Of a DNA stretch of 64,000 nt, positions 1-16,399 are shown piece by piece. The first letter of the stretch is position 1. Every line of letters begins with the position of its first letter. The notes under the pieces were generated by a model. The model searched no databases. It worked only from the letters and a program-made list of their open reading frames with translations, and was not told the origin of the DNA. Origin of the DNA: the human T2T-CHM13v2.0 reference genome, Homo sapiens; assembly GCF_009914755.1 (NCBI RefSeq), contig NC_060931.1, one strand, 5' to 3'. A program made the translations under genes and the position numbers.

Positions 1-2755
<2,755 letters not shown>

Positions 2756-2939
2756 TTAAAAAATTCTCTTTCAAAACATAACTCCCAGCATGTGCTTTGG
2801 GAGAAACTTTCAATTGTAAAAACAATAGCTAAGATTGAAGAAACAGTACAGTTTCAAGTAAATAAAGGTAGACAGGAAGTTCTCTGGCTCTTAAATCCTG
2901 TCACTAATAAATCAATATAATCAGAAAAACACATTTTTA

Positions 2940-3218
2940 AATTTAAATTTAAGTTTAAATTTTAGATTCAAGGGGTACATGTGCAGATTTGCTACATGGG
3001 TATATTGCGTGATGCTGAGGTTGGGCTTCTATTGATCCCAACACGAAGATAGTGAGCATAGTCCCCAGAGGGAAGTTTTCCAGCCCTTACCCCCCTCCCT
3101 CCCTACTTTCTTTTGGAGTCCCCAGCATCTATTGTTCCCATCTTTATGTCCACGTGTACCCAGGAGTTAACTCCCACTTATAAGTAAGAACATGCAATAT
3201 TTGGTTTTCTATTTCCGC
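2940..3218 (-). mobile_element. L1 3'-end fragment (L1PA16/L1PA17-like)
   Basis: TTTTAGATTCAAGGGGTACATGTGCAG...TATATTGCGTGATGCTGAGG...CTCCCACTTATAAGTAAGAACATGC is the antisense 3'UTR of older L1PA elements. Confidence 0.8.
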
Positions 3219-3473
3219 AAAAAGCAAGTATTATTGAGTCTCCAAGCACCAGTGCCTTGATTTCAGCCCTGGGGAAGTATGGAGTGTCTAGGATGTCAGA
3301 TCCTTTGTCATCATCAATTGAGCGGGGAAAGACCCAGGGAAAGGGAAAACATTGGTGCTTTGGTTAAATTTTCCCTTAACAAACTTTCATGAGGTTGGGC
3401 CACCGAAGTGGTTAGGGGGAAATTTTCCTAAGGAAGCTGTTGGAGCCAAGCTGCCCTATAGAAAAAGGTGGGG

Positions 3474-3814
3474 GGCCAGGAGCGGTGGCTCACACCTGTA
3501 ATCCCAGCACTTTGGGAGGCCATGGCGGGCGAATCACAAGGTCAAGAGGTCGAGATCATCCTGGGCAACATGGTGAAACCCCCTCTCTACTAAAAATACA
3601 AAAATTACCTGGGTGTGGTGGCACGCGCCTGTAGTCCCAGCTACTTGGGAGGCTGAGTCAGGAGAATCGCTTGAAGCTGGGAGGTGGAGGTTGCAGGGAG
3701 GCAGAGGTTGCAGTGAGCCGAGATCGGGCCACTGCACTCTAGCCTGGCGACAGAGTGAGACTCCGTTGAAAGAAAGCGAGAAAGAGAGGGAGGGAGGGAG
3801 GGAGGGAGGAAGGA
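3474..3814 (+). mobile_element. AluSc with internal 17-bp duplication and GA/GGGA-type tail
   Basis: Dimeric Alu with GGTCAAGAG and CCTGGCGACAG (AluSc diagnostics). Tail 3768-3814 has decayed to (GGGA)n. Confidence 0.9.
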
Positions 3815-5029
3815 ATCAAACGGTGGGGGACGTAGATGAGAAGCAGCTCCTCTAGACCCCACAGTGCAAGGAGAACTCTGAGGAAAAGCAGAGAAGGCGT
3901 TTCGGAAAAGCTCCTGAGATAGGATCCATGGGACACTTTGGCATCACTGTGATCAGAAACTGGAAGTAAGCTCTTTCCATAGATCCAGGCCCAGGAGACA
4001 CAAACCAATGGCATTGAGCCTGTTTATGGTCACCTTCTGCATGGTGTTGGGGGTAAGGGGAGTTGGCGCACCTGGTTTTGCTCATTCTCCGCATCGATCA
4101 GACAGAGTCCAAGTGGCCAATATTCTTCCACTCTGTTCTTCATGAAAAAAGCCCACCCTCTAATGAGGATGCCTGGCAACTTACCTTTTATAGAGGAATG
4201 CAGAGAACAAAGGGTGTTGAGTAGATTCTGAAACTGATTTCCAGACCTTCCTTGTAAGTAGAATGCAGGCAGGTGGCCCAATCTAGACACCCACCCATGC
4301 TTGTCCCACCCCCATGTAAGGGCTCTCCTTTCTGACAGCTGAGAAGTCCTTGGATTTCTCACCTCAAGAAAGCCCCTGTAGCCAGCAGCTCTGTGTCTGT
4401 GCCCACTCTTCACGCTGGCATACAGGGGGCTATACAGGCAGGAACAGTGGGATGTGTGCCTGTCACCAAGTCCAGCATGTAGCTCAGCTGAGAAGCATTT
4501 TTGTGCATGGCATCCTGCATATTGCCGTTCTTAGCCATCACCATCCACATGTTCCTCAGGCTGGAGAAGTGAAACTCAAACCTCCTTCTCCCTCATTACC
4601 AACTACTTCCAACATTCTAGATTCTGTCTCCAAAACAGCACACAAACACACCTCCAGTTCCCTAACCTGACTTTTACAGCCTTAATCCCAACTCTCGTTT
4701 CTAATTGGAATTAGGACTGCCCAGTCTCCCAGGTGCGCCATGGCCCCAGTCTCTCCAGACTGCCTGGTGTGTCATGCACGGCCATTCAGAATCGGCTCCA
4801 GCCACTCTTGCCAATCTCACCTCATGCCCTTCTTTGCCACTCATCCTATACTCCAGTCACTCAGAACTTCTGATCCCCACAATCCTCTTCCTTCACCTCA
4901 CCCTGGAGTGCACTCCCTTCTGCACCCAGCAAACATCTACTCGAGTTCCAAGCCCCAACACAGGTACCACCTGCCGACCTTCCCATCTAAGCAGCATCTG
5001 CCTAGGGGTTGCCATGCTGCTCATATGAC

Positions 5030-5135
5030 TTTTGATTCAGTCCTTACCTTTCTGAGCCTCAGTTTCTGCATCTGCGAAATAGGAGAAAATAATAACATCA
5101 TCCCGTGGGGTGATTGTGGAAATGAAATGAAATAA
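5030..5135 (+). mobile_element. MIR fragment
   Basis: Core CTGAGCCTCAGTTTCTGCATCTGCGAAAT...GATTGTGGAAATGAAATGAAATAAT. Confidence 0.7.
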
Positions 5136-5899
<764 letters not shown>

Positions 5900-6789
5900 T
5901 ATAATAAATGCAAAGTTTTCATATGTGCTAAGCCCATGCTCCCCCAAGGTGTGTGCAGATGGCTTGCCCACTCCACTGTCAGGCACAACCCTGGCATCTA
6001 TAATAGGTGACCCAAAGTGTGTGTTCAACCAAGGAAACACAGTCCATGCTGCTTCCTTTCCCTCCTTCTCTCCTGAGCATTCCCATCTGACCTTATAGGA
6101 ATGCTAGAATCTTAAACTATGCCACTACATATAATACAAGTTCCAAGATTAAAGATTCAAACAGACCATGTCTCTGGAACCTACTCTCCTTTCCATTGCT
6201 TTTGAAAATTGCTGAAGAGGCAATTACAGCTGCATGCTGGTAATGGAAATAATTATGACTACTTTCTGAAATTAGTTATCTGATACATTTCTCATAGGTA
6301 ATTTAAGAGGGGCAGTGAAGTGGGATAGGTGGGTTCTTTTACTGAAAGCTTCACACTCTATAATTGAACAGCATAATGGAGGAAGAAAACTAATGCAACC
6401 AAGATAATGCATAAGATAATGCAACCAAGAGAAAATAAGTTAACATAGCGATTGCTTTGGGATTTCACTAAACTGAAGCACTGGGAATAAAACATGAATG
6501 AAGACATCTTCTGCCTACAAAGTAATCATCAGATCCTATATTTGCAGTCTCTAAAAAGTGATGATGCTCACAAGTTGGCAGACACTAGCGAATTTCCAAA
6601 CAGTTATGATCTTGCCAGAATCCGGAGCACCCTGGTGCAAAATCTCCTAGAGTAGCACCAAAGGACACTTTGCTAGATAAATGCATCTTTTAAAAGTTTT
6701 AGTATTTATGAATGGAAAGTACCAGGGAAATAGAGAATACAAGACATATGAAAACACGTTCATTTAGAAATCATGCCATTTTAATGTTT

Positions 6790-9390
6790 ATATTTTTTTA
6801 TTTTGATAAAATATACATAAAATTTGCCATTTCTTAATTTTGTTTTTGATTGATATATAATAACTGTATATACTTGTGGGGTATAGTGTGATGTCTTGAT
6901 ACATGTGTGCATTGCATCATGGTCAAATCAGGGTATTTAGCATACCTGTCGCCTCATACATTTATCATTTCTTTGTGGTAAAAACATTCAGAAGCCTCTC
7001 TTTTAGCTATTTTGAAATATACAATACAATATTGTTAAACACAGTTACCCTACTGTGCAATAGAATATCAGGACTTACTCCTCCTATCTAACTGTAACTT
7101 TGTACCTGTTGGCCAATCTCTCTTTATCCCTCCTCCTCCCTCCCCTTTCCAGCCTCTGGGAACCACTATTCTACTTTCTATTTCTATGAGATCAACTTTT
7201 TTAGATCCCACATATGTGTGAGAACATGCTGTATTTGTTTTTCTGTGTCTGCTTATTTTACCTAACATAATGTCTTCCAGATTCATCCATGTTGCTGCAA
7301 ATGACAGAATTTCATCCTTTTTTATGGCAGAATTAATATTCCATTGTGTGTATATACCACATTTTCTTTATCCATTCATCAGTTGATGGACACTTAGGTT
7401 GATTCCATATCTTGACTGTTGTGAGTAGTGCTGCAGTAAACATGGTAGTACAGACATCTCTTCAACATAGTGATTGCATTTCCTTTGGCTATATACCCAG
7501 TACTTGGATTGCTGGATCATATGGTAGTGCTATTTTTAATTTTTTTAGTAAACCCCATACTGTTTTCCAAAATGGCTATACTAATTTGCATTTACACCAA
7601 CAGTGTATAAGAGTTCCCCTTTCTCCACATGATCATGAGCATTCATTATTTTTTGTAGCTATTCTAATTGGGGTGAAGTGGTATCTCATTTTGGTTTTGA
7701 TTTGCATTTTCCTGATGATTGGTGATGTTGAGTATTTTTTCATATACAGGTTGGCCATTTGTATGTCTTCCAAGAAATGTCTGTTTGGCATTTTATTCAT
7801 TTTTAAAATCAGAGTATTTGTTGCTTTGCTATTGAGTTGTTCAAGTTGCTTATATATTCTGTATATTAACTCCTTGTTGGATGCATAGTTTGCAAATATT
7901 TTCTCCTATTCCGTAGGTTGTCTCTTCACTCTGTTGATTATTTCCTTTTCTGTGCAGAAGCTCTTTAGGTTGGTATAGTCCTATCTGTCTATTTATATAT
8001 TTCTGTTGCCTGTACTTTTAAGATCTTATCCAAAAAACCCTTGCCTAGACCAGTGTCATGAATCATTTCCTCTATGTTTTCTTCTATCATTTGGCGTTTT
8101 ACATTTAAGTCTTTAATCCAGTTTGAATTGATTTTTGTATGTGATGAGAGATGGGGGTCTAGTTTCATGTTTCTGCATGGCGATATCTAGTTTTGCGAGA
8201 CCATTTATTGAAGAGAATGTCCTTTTCCCAATATGTGTTCTTGGCACCTTTATCAAAAATCAGTTCGCTGTAAGTGTATGGATTTATTTTTGTGTTATCT
8301 ATTTCATTCTGTTGGTCTTGGGGTCTGTTTTTCTAAAAGTACCATGCTGTTTTGGTTACTATAACCTTGTAGTATATTTTGGAGTCAGGTAATGTGATGC
8401 CTCCAGTTTTGTTCTTTTTGTACAAAATTGCTTTGGCTGTTTGGGTTGTTTTGTGGTTCTATATGAATTTTAAGATTGTTTTTCTACTTTTGTAAAGAAT
8501 GTCACTGGTATTTTAATAGGGATTGCATTGAATCTATAGATCACTTGGGTAGTATGAACATTTTAATAATAATAATTCTTTCAGCCCATGAACTCAGGAT
8601 ATCTTTCCATTTATGTGTATCCTCTTCAATTTTTTTCATCAGTGCTTAAATAGCTTTCATTGTAGAGATCTTTCAACTCCTTGGTCAAATTTATTCTTAG
8701 GTAACTTCTTTTTTTGGAACTATTGTTAACGGGATTGCTTTCTTGACTTCTTTTTCAGATAGTTCACCATTGGCATTTAGAAATGCTATGATTTTTGAAT
8801 GTTGATTTTGTCTGCTGCAACTTTACTGGATTCATTTATTAGTTTTAAAGGATTTTTGGTGGAGTCTTAAAGTTTTTTTATATATAAGATTATGTCATCC
8901 ATAAATACGGACAATTTAACTTCTTCCTTTCCAATTTGAATGCCCTTTATTTTTTTCTCTTTCCCAATTACTAATCATTTTTAAGTGTATATTTCAGTCG
9001 TACTAAGTACATTCACATTCGTAAGCAACCATCATTGCTATCCATCTCCAGAACTTTTTCATCATCCCAAACTCAAGCTCAGTACTCATTAAACAAAAAC
9101 TCCCCATTCCCTCCACTCCCAAGCCCTTGACAACCACCATTCTACTTTCTGTCTCTATGAATTTGATTACTCTAGGTATCTCATGTAAATGGAATCATAC
9201 AGTGTTTGTCCTTTGGTGACTGGCTTATTTCATTAGGGTACTGTCTTCAAGTTTCATTCATGTTGTAGTATGTATCAGAATTTCCCTTTTAAGACTAATA
9301 ATATTCCATTGTATGTATACACAGCATTTTCTATATCCATTCATCTGCTGATGAACACTTGGGTTGTTTCCACTTTTTGGCTATTGAGCA
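6790..9390 (-). mobile_element. L1MB3-like 3' end, split into about 6790-6832 and 8972-9390
   Basis: TAAAATATACATAAAATTTGCCATT joins to AATCATTTTTAAGTGTAT...AAGTACATTCACATT...CCATCTCCAGAACTTTTTCATC, which is contiguous in L1MB 3'UTRs. Confidence 0.75.
6835..8971 (-). mobile_element. 5'-truncated L1MA (L1MA4A-like) nested in the L1MB
   Basis: 3'UTR CAAATCAGGGTATTTAGCATA...ACCCTACTGTGCAATAGAA followed by degenerate antisense ORF2 (GGGATTGCATTGAATCTATAGATC). Confidence 0.85.
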
Positions 9391-12219
9391 AATCATGACT
9401 TTTTAAGCTTACTTTATTTTAACTCATTCCCAAGACCTGCTGATTTTACCAAATGAACATGTTAAAGAAACACTGCTTCTGGATAGCTCAGCCAAAAGAC
9501 ACTTAACTTATTTTCCTTTCTAACTTTTTAAAAATTTAATACCTGTACTCTCTCAAAGTGTGACACGTGCATTATTAAATTATTGCAGATAATACAAAAG
9601 GATACAGATAATACAAGAGGATGCAAACGCTTAAACCATTTAAGTGATTTGCTTAAGCACACATCTAGTAAATGACAAAAAAAGGATGCAAATTTCACTC
9701 TCTGCCTCCAAGGCCAAACCTTTGCCCTACACCGTGAACCAAGCCTCTCCGGTATTATCAAGATCCTATGGTCTAGAGAAGGCTGGAAATCCCTTTGCAA
9801 AAGAGATTTGGTAGTAAGATAAATTTTTCTGATGTACACATGATTAAGATAGATACTTAGTCTGTATATTGGAGATCTGACTGATTCCATTTAACACATC
9901 TCAGGCTGGGCTAGTGCAACTCTTTCTGTATAAGTGCATGTTTGTAGCCCAAAGTCTTCACAGTAGGGAGCAAATTTACAAGGAAGTCATATAATAAACT
10001 CCTGTGAGCTCTGGCTTTCTGTGGATTTTGTAGCTGTGGTAGTAGCTGTTCACAAGATAAAGGGATTTGGTGGGGTTTGAAAAGGCTGCTGTTCTTACAT
10101 GTATTTTCTCCAATGAATGTGCTGGAGGAAATTTCTCCTGACAGGTTATTATAACTACTTTAATGTACATATGACCAGCTGTCTGGAAAACAGTTCAAAT
10201 TTTGAATTGTTCATAAATATACTGACATACTTGGTGACAGCACATGAACATTTAATTTGATCTTTGTTCTTTAAAATAGTAATATTGCCTTCTGAGTGGG
10301 AGTAAGACACTATATCCTTTGGAGAAATACACATCTCTTTCTCTGTGCTAGCTTTCAAATACTTTCTGTTTGGTATTTTAATGTGTTTGCCATTAAAATC
10401 ATAGCAGGTTTGGGCTTTTCCATGCCACTGAAGAAATAAGAAATGGCTTTTCTTCCTAATTCAAGTTAAATTCAGTCAAGGTTGGTAAGAATATGATGTT
10501 ATTTCAAGGTCTGTTTCCTCCTCCTCTGACCATATAAGATGCCCAAATATCTGTAGTCCCTAACAATAAAGATGGTCTGGGTGGGCCTAGGCATCATTGC
10601 TTCTCACAGGCAAGGTCCGTAGGATCCACAAGAAGGCTGGAGGCTTCACTCCCCGTGGACCTGGGTCAGCCATGGGGATCTCCGTGAAGCTCTCAAGCCC
10701 ACAGCTTGCATCCCTCACAGGGGATACCATTACATCTTACAGAGAAGGAAACCTAGGCTGTTCTAGTGGCTTGGCCAGAAAGGGACAAATCCTGGATTTT
10801 ATCCCCAAGTCTTCAGACTCCTAATCAACAAATTTTTTTCTAATTTGTCACAACTGTATTTCTTGGACTTTTCCTCCTGCAAGGATTGGAACTCATCTTC
10901 TATCACCTGTAATATACCCCCTCACTGCAGATAGTTCCCACTGAAAACTCTGATGCCATGTTTGGTTCCATGCATGATGCACAGATTGACAAAGGGACAA
11001 GGTATTTTTCAAGACTGCCCATAAAACCTGTAGGATGTATGGCCACCATGCTCATCGTATGTCATGTATTAGTCACTCACAGTTTTCTGCCCAACTTACC
11101 CACTAGCAAAAAGGCCCTTTGAATGTGTGGTTTGTTTCCATAGCCAGTAGCAATGGTTCAAGAATTCCCTTTTGTGAATATAGGGAAAGTTGCCAGCTTG
11201 TTTTAAAACATATTTGTACTGGATCCAATTGCTACATGTTTCTAAAACTTGCATGGCAATGATATGGATTTCAACATTTTGTAAAACTAAAACACTCCCC
11301 AGGTAAGGACCAAAAACCTTATGTTTTAAATCATGTGAGTTAGATTTTGAAAAAAATACATATTTCAATCAGCCATAGAGGAAAGAAATCTGAAAATTAT
11401 ATAAAATGTTGTAAAAAGACTGGCCCTTGGCTTTACACAAGATGCTGAAGTTTCTCAGTAGCATCCCCAGCAACTCCATGTTCCCCCATCTGTCAGCTCC
11501 TCTGCTTTCTTCCCACTCCTGGTGCCTTCCTCCCCATCCTCATATCTAAACCTGTTTTCAGGATTGCATATGATCTTAGCATTTATTCCCAGAAGGGAGG
11601 AAGCATGTAGCTCTATATTCCCAGCACAGGACACACGTTGATTCGCAATAAATGCTGATTGATGGAGTGAATTAGTGAGCAAAAGGGTGAATAGGAGTCC
11701 ATGAGCTTCTCTTCCCACCAGCATCTGTACTTAAGCCTCATCTCTACTTGTTGACCAAACAGTTTTTTCTTTTAAACTTTAGCCCCAGAGAGCAAGTGAG
11801 AGAGTTAACCTGGGAAGTGGGAAGTGGGGAGGGAACCTCTGAAATAATGATTTATACGGTCATACATCTATCCCACTTACCAACAAGATGGGGCTGGGGG
11901 CTACATTACATAGATTCAAAGACTCTAGAGCTGTTAACCAAGCCAAGGATCACAAAAGTATTTCTGTAGCAGGATGGCTGGGGTACACACAGTTTACAAG
12001 GAGGAAACATCCTGGCTCAGCAGTGAATCCAAAATAATTTAACTACCTACAGTACTTATATAATATTATTTCCTAATGTCATTGTTTTAGAAACCACAGC
12101 ATGGTTTAATCTTACTGTCAAATTAAGGGGCAGAATTAACAGGACAATGTAAAATGTTCGAGTTACCCGTTCTGTAAATGGTGTGTCTTTCCAGATGTGC
12201 TCAGATTTCTCTCAAATAC

Positions 12220-12350
12220 AGTTTTCTAGCCTCTCCTTGAACATTCCTGGTGATGGGGAGTTTATGTTGGACAGGTCAGATTGTTAGAAAAGTTCTTTAT
12301 ATTACTCTGGAATCTCATTCCCTGATGTGAAACTTTCATTCCTTGGCCCT
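12220..12350 (-). mobile_element. L3/CR1 3'-region fragment
   Basis: AGCCTCTCCTTGAACATTCCTGGTGATGGGGAG...TGTTGGACAG...ATTGTTAGAAAAGTTCTT resembles antisense L3. Confidence 0.5.
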
Positions 12351-12367
12351 ATTACGCCAGTTGACAT

Positions 12368-12810
<443 letters not shown>

Positions 12811-13089
12811 ACACAGCATCTCTCAAGATTAATAGCCCAACAAGCAATGTTTGCAAATAGTTACCTAAATAAACATAAAATAAACCTACTTTCCCTTCCT
12901 CAAACCAGCTCATCGAATAACTGAAGAAAATGATAAGGAAGATAAGTTCTAAATCCAGGCTAAATATCATAGTTCCCTCAAGGCTTGTGCGCGTGATATG
13001 GCTTTTAGACCTCAAAGTCCCGGTTCCCTCCCCTGGATTCTTCTCCCTGTATGTTACCCCTGCTTTAATGCACAACGCCTTAAAGCTAA

Positions 13090-13245
13090 CGTCCAGATTT
13101 CTAGTTACTATTAGCTATTGTTCACCCTCCCAGGCCTTAGCTTCTCATCAAAAAATGGGGAAAGTCATAGTCTACCAACCTCACTGAGTCATTTTGAAAA
13201 TTAAATGTGTTCATGTATGCAGAGTACTATGTAAGTGTTAGCTGT
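13090..13245 (+). mobile_element. MIR fragment
   Basis: GCCTTAGCTTCTCATCAAAAAATGGGG...CTACCAACCTCAC...TTTTGAAAATTAAATG. Confidence 0.6.
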
Positions 13246-13384
13246 GTGTCATTCTATTCAGGGCCTATTCCCTCTTAACTGTGTTTGGTTTTGCCTTTCA
13301 CATTCAGATTCCAGGAGACACACACAGAAAAAAACACTTGGGTCAATCATCTGATGATCTAAAGTCTTACCTGTCCAGGGTCAT

Positions 13385-13537
13385 TCTTTGGTTCCCAGGT
13401 GCTTTGCTACTCCAAGATCACCTGGAAGCTGGTAAGAAATGAAGAATCCCAGACCCCAGCCAAGACCCACTAAATCAGAGCCTGCATTTTCTCAAGAATG
13501 TCAGGTGATTTCTGGGCACATGAATTGAAAACCACTG
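13385..13537 (+). mobile_element. MER5-type hAT MITE
   Basis: ATCACCTGGAAGCT...CCCAGACCCC...ACTAAATCAGA...CTGCATTTT...CAGGTGATT...TTGAAAACCACTG. Confidence 0.7.
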
Positions 13538-13904
13538 GCCTTGACTGTATACGCAGCACCAGCCCAGGGCTCTGTATATAACAGATGCTCAGGGGGGCTT
13601 TCTGGCATCTGTGTGTATTGACTGAACCTGTATACTGTCAGTAGGGGAGATTGCTGACTGGGAAATTCTGGAGTCAAAGGCATGTAAAGGGTAAATGGGA
13701 AGGGGCTTGGTTCGTAGCAATTAACACTATTTGCCTAAATAAGATCAAAGAGCAGGTACATTTTAAACACTAAAAAATAACTAAAGACCAAGCTTTTGAA
13801 TTATGCTTTCTTTTTAATTGTTTAATCTTCTTTCAATTATAATCAAAGCTCTAGCTTTTGTGAGAGATAATGTTAACAATTCAGGGGACTATTTATCCTC
13901 AGAG

Positions 13905-14145
13905 GCAATAAGCTGCAGTGTCAAGACCACCATCTTTGCAATAAGACAGACCTGAGTTCAAAGCCCACCTCTGCCCCTCTCAGCTATGTGACATGGCAAA
14001 TAACCTCACCTCTCTGAGCTTCAACATCCTCAGCTGTCACAGGGGCATAATCATGCTCATCTCATAGGACAGAGGAGGATAAACTAATATAGAGCTTCTA
14101 GCATAGTGACTCACAAGTAGCAGACATTCAGCAAACACTAGTTCC
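13905..14145 (+). mobile_element. MIR
   Basis: AGACAGACCTGAGTTCAAAGCCCACCTCTGCC...AGCTATGTGAC...ACCTCTCTGAGC...CTCATCTCATAGG. Confidence 0.8.
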
Positions 14146-14529
14146 TTTCTTCTTCATCACATATCAGCCTTCTGTTCACGAACACCTTGGTCAAGTGAAA
14201 AATTGCAATGCTTTTTGGAGATACAACCACCTGGTCCATTGGCTTGCAAGCCCATCATTTAAGCAGATCGTGAATCATCTGTCCTACAGTGCCCATAGTC
14301 ATCATAGTTTTCAACCCATTCCCTAATCGTGGTCAGTAGAGACCACATAATAAAAAAGCAGTGAATGAACATATCAGGTAGATGCTGACAACACCACTAG
14401 GTACTTCATTGAATCAGAGTGTCTGGCACATAGAAGACGCTCAGTCAATGTTGGCCACCGAAACTGATAGTGACATACAGTTGTGGAGGACATCTATGCC
14501 AAGCCCCCATGCAATTTCAGCATCCTTCC

Positions 14530-15260
14530 ACACCAGGTGCTCTTCAGCCTCTGCCTATTCAGCCCCACCAAGAGGTATTCAAAGATTATCAAGACAGCAC
14601 ATTCCATCCTTAGAATAAAAGATTAAACCCTTATTTCATTTTGAGCCCAAAACGGTGAGTTTTCTCCAACTTCCAAACATTGCTTCTGATCTTCCCCTAA
14701 ACTGGAGCTACCTAACTATAATTCCTTCTTTTCAGGAGAACATCTTGAAATATGTTAGGGTAGCACTCACACCTCCCTTTCTGCTTATTTTCCCCCCATG
14801 AACCCCTCCTCATTGGTTCCTCCTCCCAGCTGCCTCTGGAAGGCATCACTGGCAGCTCTGCCTGGCCACAGGTCCTCCTGCCCCAGCATTACCCAACACA
14901 GGCCACACATACAGGGGGCCACTCCAGCCCCAGCACTGGAAACTAGACAGCAAGACCCAGAAGGGCTGGTCCAGCCTTGCTATGAACTCCGTTCTAGCTA
15001 TGAAACCACCCACCACGTGACCATTTTATTTTCAAGTCAAACTGTTAGGTTATATAATTAAATAAAGTTTTTTGTTTGTGTCATAAGCCAAGTTTTGCTG
15101 ATCTTGCAGCTATACAGTTTTGTTTTGTTTTACCTAAAAGCAGGACTTCATTTTTTTTTTCAGTTGATGCCCACATTAAAAATTGTCAAGGTCTTTTAGT
15201 ATTCTGATTCAATTGTGAAAAATATTAGCTATCAACTTTCACTAATAGGTCTGTCTGTGA
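14530..15260 (-). mobile_element. Degenerate L3/CR1 LINE
   Basis: ACCTAAAAGCAGGACTTCATTT, TGTCAAGGTCTTTT..ATTCTGATTC and ATATTAGCTATC blocks, colinear with antisense L3 as I recall it. Confidence 0.5.
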
Positions 15261-16399
15261 TTCAGTTCCGAATTGTTTGAAATTCTAGTGTAGCTCTTGA
15301 TCATTCAACAACATCAAAATGATGTTTTAAAAGAAAATGTATACAGTCAGTTTTTAACAGTTTTCTCCAATAATCTGAATTTATGGTTCAAAATAGTTGG
15401 CCTTGGTTTTGGTAGTCGATTAAAACAAATACCCTAGCCCCACAGTATAGCACGCAGGTCATTTTCAGTCAGAGATGTTACATTTCCATTATTATTTGTA
15501 GTGTGGGGCAATCCTCATGGGGCTTGTCATGTCATCTCTGGACCGTGTTCCTCCTCACAGTTGCTGTCAGTAGTGTGAGCAGTGTTGCTGTTGGACCATC
15601 TCAGCTTAGTCAGACAGACTTGGGCCTCAGTTCTCACCACCCAGTGACATTTACAAAGAATAGGCATAAGACTCAGGATGACAAAATGTAAAATCATTTC
15701 TCTTTAATTAGAAATGATAAGATAAAGCACCATCCAAAGTTAGAAAAAAAATATGACTTAAGGAAAAGTATTTTTTAACGTGTTTATGTCAGCACCTTTC
15801 TTGTACACACAGATATACAAGTTTTAAAAATCCATTTCATATTTTGGGTTGGACAACATCCTCTTTCATATTAGTCCGTCTCCTGAATTGCTCTTCACAA
15901 CTCCTTCCCCAGGGCTACTTGTCCCCACCCATCCCCATTCAGAATCCAGATCTCACCGGAAACATTCTTGTTGCCACAGCCTACCTCTCCCTTGCACCTT
16001 TCGCTTGAGTAGCTCCCTGGGACAGTGCTAAAAGCTTCAGGCTGCCTAGACAAGTCTCCCCACCAAGCCACTCCCTGTACAGAATCTGTTCTTGAGCTTT
16101 GTGCTCTGATATTCTCGATTCTAAACATGGGTAGGCTATATTCCTTTTAATCAAGTTCTTCAAGCTGAACCTGGTGAATGGCTTTGCAAGTGCCATTTTT
16201 CAGGGACTAAACATATCGTGCTACAAAATCAATAGATGTTATATTCAAAGTTAATTATCATTTCTAGGTAAATTTAAATTAACTGAGAATTTCCTTGAAC
16301 GTTTTTGTTTGTTGTCATCCTTATGTTTTCCTCCTTAAGAGGCAGACCATGTGTCAATCTTACAAATCCAGCTACGCCCTCTCTTTGCAACCTCCTGAG

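Noticed and set aside
3440-3862. Alu-overlapping ORFs here and at about 21, 28.8, 33.4, 44.6, 46.5, 49.6, 52.8, 53.7, 57.2 and 59.2 kb
   Set aside because: Typical Alu translations ([17 protein letters not shown]); no coding evidence.
7412-7888. 158-aa hydrophobic ORF resembling a membrane protein
   Set aside because: Antisense reading of L1MA; T-rich antisense L1 routinely gives such ORFs.
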